From Acidobacteria bacterium 13_1_20CM_2_55_15 (GTDB lineage: Bacteria; Acidobacteriota; Terriglobia; 20CM-2-55-15), in the NCBI GenBank assembly GCA_001920875.1, contig MNKP01000024.1, positions 5,990-29,989 of the forward strand: a DNA stretch of 24,000 nt, given 5' to 3'. This document shows, piece by piece, positions 21,377 through 24,000 of this stretch. Made by a program: the position numbers and the translations under genes. The number at the start of each line of letters is the position of its first letter. The first letter of the stretch is position 1. The notes under the pieces were generated by a model. That model did not search any database. It had not been told where the DNA came from and saw nothing but the letters and a program-made list of their open reading frames with translations.

Positions 21377-22891
21377 GTGGTTGTTCTGAAAAATTGTCAG
21401 CGCAGCCATTTTTCGGGCGTATTAGTATCGTTCTCCACGAATATCGACGAATACGCAAAGTATGACGCGCTCGGGTTGGCGGAATTAGTGTCGGGGAGAC
21501 ACGTTGCACCGAAGGAACTGGCGGAGACCGCCGCCCGAGCAATAGAAGCAGTCAATCCGGCGATCAACGCGGTCGTTGAAACTTATTCCGATCGAATCGA
21601 CAGCTTGGACGAAAAGACTCTGGGCGACGGTCCATTTCGCGGTGTCCCGTTCCTGATGAAAGACGTCTTCGGACATGAGGCCGGCCGAAAGATCGAATTC
21701 GGCAGCCGTCTTTGTAAAGACATGATCGTTCAGACGGACACGCACTATTACCGGCTTCTGCGGGCGTCCGGCGTCAACATACTCGGCCGTTCTGCAGCGC
21801 CCGAGTACTCGATGTCGGGCACGACGGAAGGCGCTCTTTATGGTAATTCATCCACGCCGTGGAAAAGAGGTTACTCGGCCGGTGGCTCGACCGGCGGAGG
21901 AATGGCGGCGGTCGTTGCAGGGATCGTGCCGATCGCCCACGGATCGGACATCGCGGGATCGATACGTGTTCCAGCGAGTTTCTGCGGTGGGGTCGGTCTC
22001 AAACCTTCGCGCGGGCGCATTTCATTTGGGCCAATTTTGGATGAGAACGGATATGGTCTGGCTCAAAATTTTGTCCAGACCAAGACCTTGCGCGACTGCG
22101 CCGCCATGCTTGATTGTCTTGCAGTTCCCCAGCCCGGCGATCCGTTCATTATTCCGAAGCCGGCAGAATCTTATGCGACGTTGTCGCGGAAAAATCCGCC
22201 AAGACTGCGCATCGGCTGGTCGACGAAGGCGCTGATGAACATCGAAACTGAGAAGGAAGTCGCTCAGGCTGTTGAGCGGACGGCGAAGACGCTCGCACAG
22301 ATGGGACACCAGGTTTCCGAAGACAGTCCGGAATTCGATCCTTCCGTGATGAGGAGCATGGCCGACGTTTGGTTTTTCGGTTTTGACCTGCGTCTCGAGG
22401 GTTACTCCAAACGCAACGGCCGCCCGATCGGGCCTGAAACTCTCGAGCCTGTCGTTTTCATGATCTATGAGCACGCGAGGCAAATGAAGCCCGTGCAATT
22501 CCTGAACGCGATGGCCGCGCTGAATACGGCGCGACGCCGACTCGGACATTACTTTACGAAGTACGATGTGTGGCTCTCGCCGACGACCGCGCGCGTCGCC
22601 GAACCGTGGGGGAAATACAACCTCGGCCGCACGGATGTGACCATGGACACTCTTTCGGAAACCATCTTTCAACCGGTTTTCCAGTTTACGCTTCCGCACA
22701 ACATCACCGGAACTCCCGCGATTTCATTGCCGTTGGCGATGCACTCGTCCGGCCTGCCGATCGGCGTGCAACTGGGAACCACACCGGCGGCCGAACACGT
22801 GATCCTTCAACTCGCCGCGGCGCTCGAGGAAGCAATGCCCTGGAAAGATCGCCTTCCGCCGTTACATGTCTCGAGTGTTCGTGGACGCTAA
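21377..22891 (+). CDS. amidase-signature (AS) family amidase
   Basis: GGSTGGGMAAVVAGIVPIAHGSDIAGSIRVPASFCGGVGLKPSRGRIS is the AS signature (GGSS-type motif plus GSDxxGSIRxPA). FLMKDVF carries the catalytic Lys. Family-like sequence begins around NIDEYAKYDALGLAELV, so I prefer in-frame GTG 21377 over the track start at 21182. The start remains uncertain. Confidence 0.88.
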   Translation: MVVLKNCQRSHFSGVLVSFSTNIDEYAKYDALGLAELVSGRHVAPKELAETAARAIEAVNPAINAVVETYSDRIDSLDEKTLGDGPFRGVPFLMKDVFGHEAGRKIEFGSRLCKDMIVQTDTHYYRLLRASGVNILGRSAAPEYSMSGTTEGALYGNSSTPWKRGYSAGGSTGGGMAAVVAGIVPIAHGSDIAGSIRVPASFCGGVGLKPSRGRISFGPILDENGYGLAQNFVQTKTLRDCAAMLDCLAVPQPGDPFIIPKPAESYATLSRKNPPRLRIGWSTKALMNIETEKEVAQAVERTAKTLAQMGHQVSEDSPEFDPSVMRSMADVWFFGFDLRLEGYSKRNGRPIGPETLEPVVFMIYEHARQMKPVQFLNAMAALNTARRRLGHYFTKYDVWLSPTTARVAEPWGKYNLGRTDVTMDTLSETIFQPVFQFTLPHNITGTPAISLPLAMHSSGLPIGVQLGTTPAAEHVILQLAAALEEAMPWKDRLPPLHVSSVRGR

Positions 22892-23265
22892 CGGACCTCC
22901 GGCGAGGGGCAACGAAAGGATCAGACCATGTTGTAATTCGCCACGCACAGGCGAGAAAGGTGTACAAGCCGGAAATTAAGTTCTCCGTTTGTTGGCACGC
23001 CAGAGCCGAGCCAACGCGGGGATGATCGCGCCGCCAACATTGGCAGGGTGGAAGTCTCGAATCGGAGGGCGTTCCGCGCGGGGGGCTATCGCACGGATGA
23101 CTGAAACCGATAACCTCAGGAACCTGCTAGTCTCTCTCGAAGCGAGTAATGAGGCCTCCGCTGGTTGACTCGCAGCGCCATCATCCTTACATCGTCACCC
23201 GATAAATTCTCAGGGTAGCGATCCGCGATACGATTGTAGAATCGCCTCCTTTGGAAAAGTAACGC

Positions 23266-23913
23266 TCACGTAAGACGGTGACGGTTGGTGACCAATCCGA
23301 CGATATTCAACCAGGCGGCGCCTTCAATCATGCCTCCCAACACATCCGTCGGATAGTGAACACCAAGGTAAACCCGGCTGAAGCCGACCGCGAGAATTAG
23401 GGCAATGGCCCCGAGGCGGATCACGACGCGCCGGACCTTGGAAGGAACGGACGAGCTCAACAAAATAGCCAAAAATCCATAGAAAACTGTGGCTGATACG
23501 GCATGCCCACTCGGAAAGCTATAGGTTTCCAGTTTCACAAGCGGGTGCGCCAGGGCCGGACGGGAGCGATGGAACAGGTATTTAAGCACTTCGTTGAGGA
23601 GTATGCATCCTGGCACGCTCAGCCCGAGTCTTCCCAGCCAATAGTCCGATCTTCGAAGAACCAATACCGCAGCTACTAATGCCGTCAGAACGACCATAAC
23701 GGCGGTCGAGGCAAGCTGGGTCACGAGGAGCATCAACGCTGTGCGAACCGGCGTGACTTGCTGCTGGACCCAGGCTTCAGCGGCTTCATCGAATGGCGCA
23801 AGCACGTTCACTTTGATGGCAGTGACCAGCACCAGAAAAGCGAGTAGAGATAGCGTTAGGGCCCGTCGCTGCGACATAGCATCAAGAGTAGTCATAGACG
23901 ACCGAAACGACAA
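23266..23913 (-). CDS. PAP2-family phosphatase (phosphatidic acid / undecaprenyl-diphosphate phosphatase type)
   Basis: All three PAP2 motifs are present: KYLFHRSRP (KxxxxxxRP), SFPSGH (PSGH) and SRVYLGVHYPTD (SRxxxxxHxxxD). The protein has multiple TM helices. Confidence 0.9.
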   Translation of the reverse strand: MSFRSSMTTLDAMSQRRALTLSLLAFLVLVTAIKVNVLAPFDEAAEAWVQQQVTPVRTALMLLVTQLASTAVMVVLTALVAAVLVLRRSDYWLGRLGLSVPGCILLNEVLKYLFHRSRPALAHPLVKLETYSFPSGHAVSATVFYGFLAILLSSSVPSKVRRVVIRLGAIALILAVGFSRVYLGVHYPTDVLGGMIEGAAWLNIVGLVTNRHRLT

Positions 23914-24000
23914 AAAGGGTCGCCGGCGCGCCCCTCTCGTACCTTTGATTGCTCTTCGTTCCTGGTAAGTGACATAGGGAAGCTGAAGCGTAGAAGGGAT

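Noticed and set aside
1-24000. Mobile genetic element, prophage or defence island
   Set aside because: No integrase, transposase, recombinase, phage structural gene, toxin-antitoxin pair or restriction/defence motifs were recognisable in any frame. Only indirect hints exist: the tRNA-like fragment and the heptamer array.

Overview
Moderately GC-rich bacterial chromosomal window. I see no rRNA, intact tRNA, CRISPR array, transposase or integrase. Layout: (i) 1-1340 holds a small ORF, then about 1 kb of mostly non-coding DNA with a mirror-symmetric CCGAGGT heptamer array, a coding-like gene remnant, a tRNA-like T-arm fragment and a terminator hairpin. (ii) 1341-3719 holds a membrane-anchored hypothetical protein, a small secreted protein and a YkgJ-type CxxCxxCC protein. 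(iii) 3886-16651 is the main feature: eleven tightly coupled + strand genes that read as one lipid-biosynthesis operon. They encode two different membrane desaturases, a CarS-family (CDP-archaeol synthase-like) cytidylyltransferase, an 873-aa PpsA/rifampicin-phosphotransferase-like enzyme, a short membrane protein with a UbiA-type Asp motif, a SAM methyltransferase, a PlsC-type acyltransferase, a fatty acyl-AMP ligase, an ACP-thioester reductase-kinase fusion and a divergent CDP-alcohol phosphatidyltransferase. This combines the domain set of the myxobacterial ether-lipid enzyme ElbD, split across genes, with archaeal-type late lipid steps. I know of no described pathway with this combination. 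(iv) 16648-19508 holds minus-strand genes: a DUF4833-like secreted protein, two hypotheticals, a DUF1186/SEC-C protein and a small hypothetical. (v) 19862-20326 is a hypothetical CDS, followed by a 715-bp array of about 34 degenerate 21-bp tandem repeats (20412-21126) that is largely open in most of the six reading frames but is not one intact ORF. (vi) The window ends with an amidase-signature enzyme (to 22891) and a PAP2 phosphatase (23266-23913, minus). All functional calls come from motifs read by eye in the supplied translations; no database search was run.
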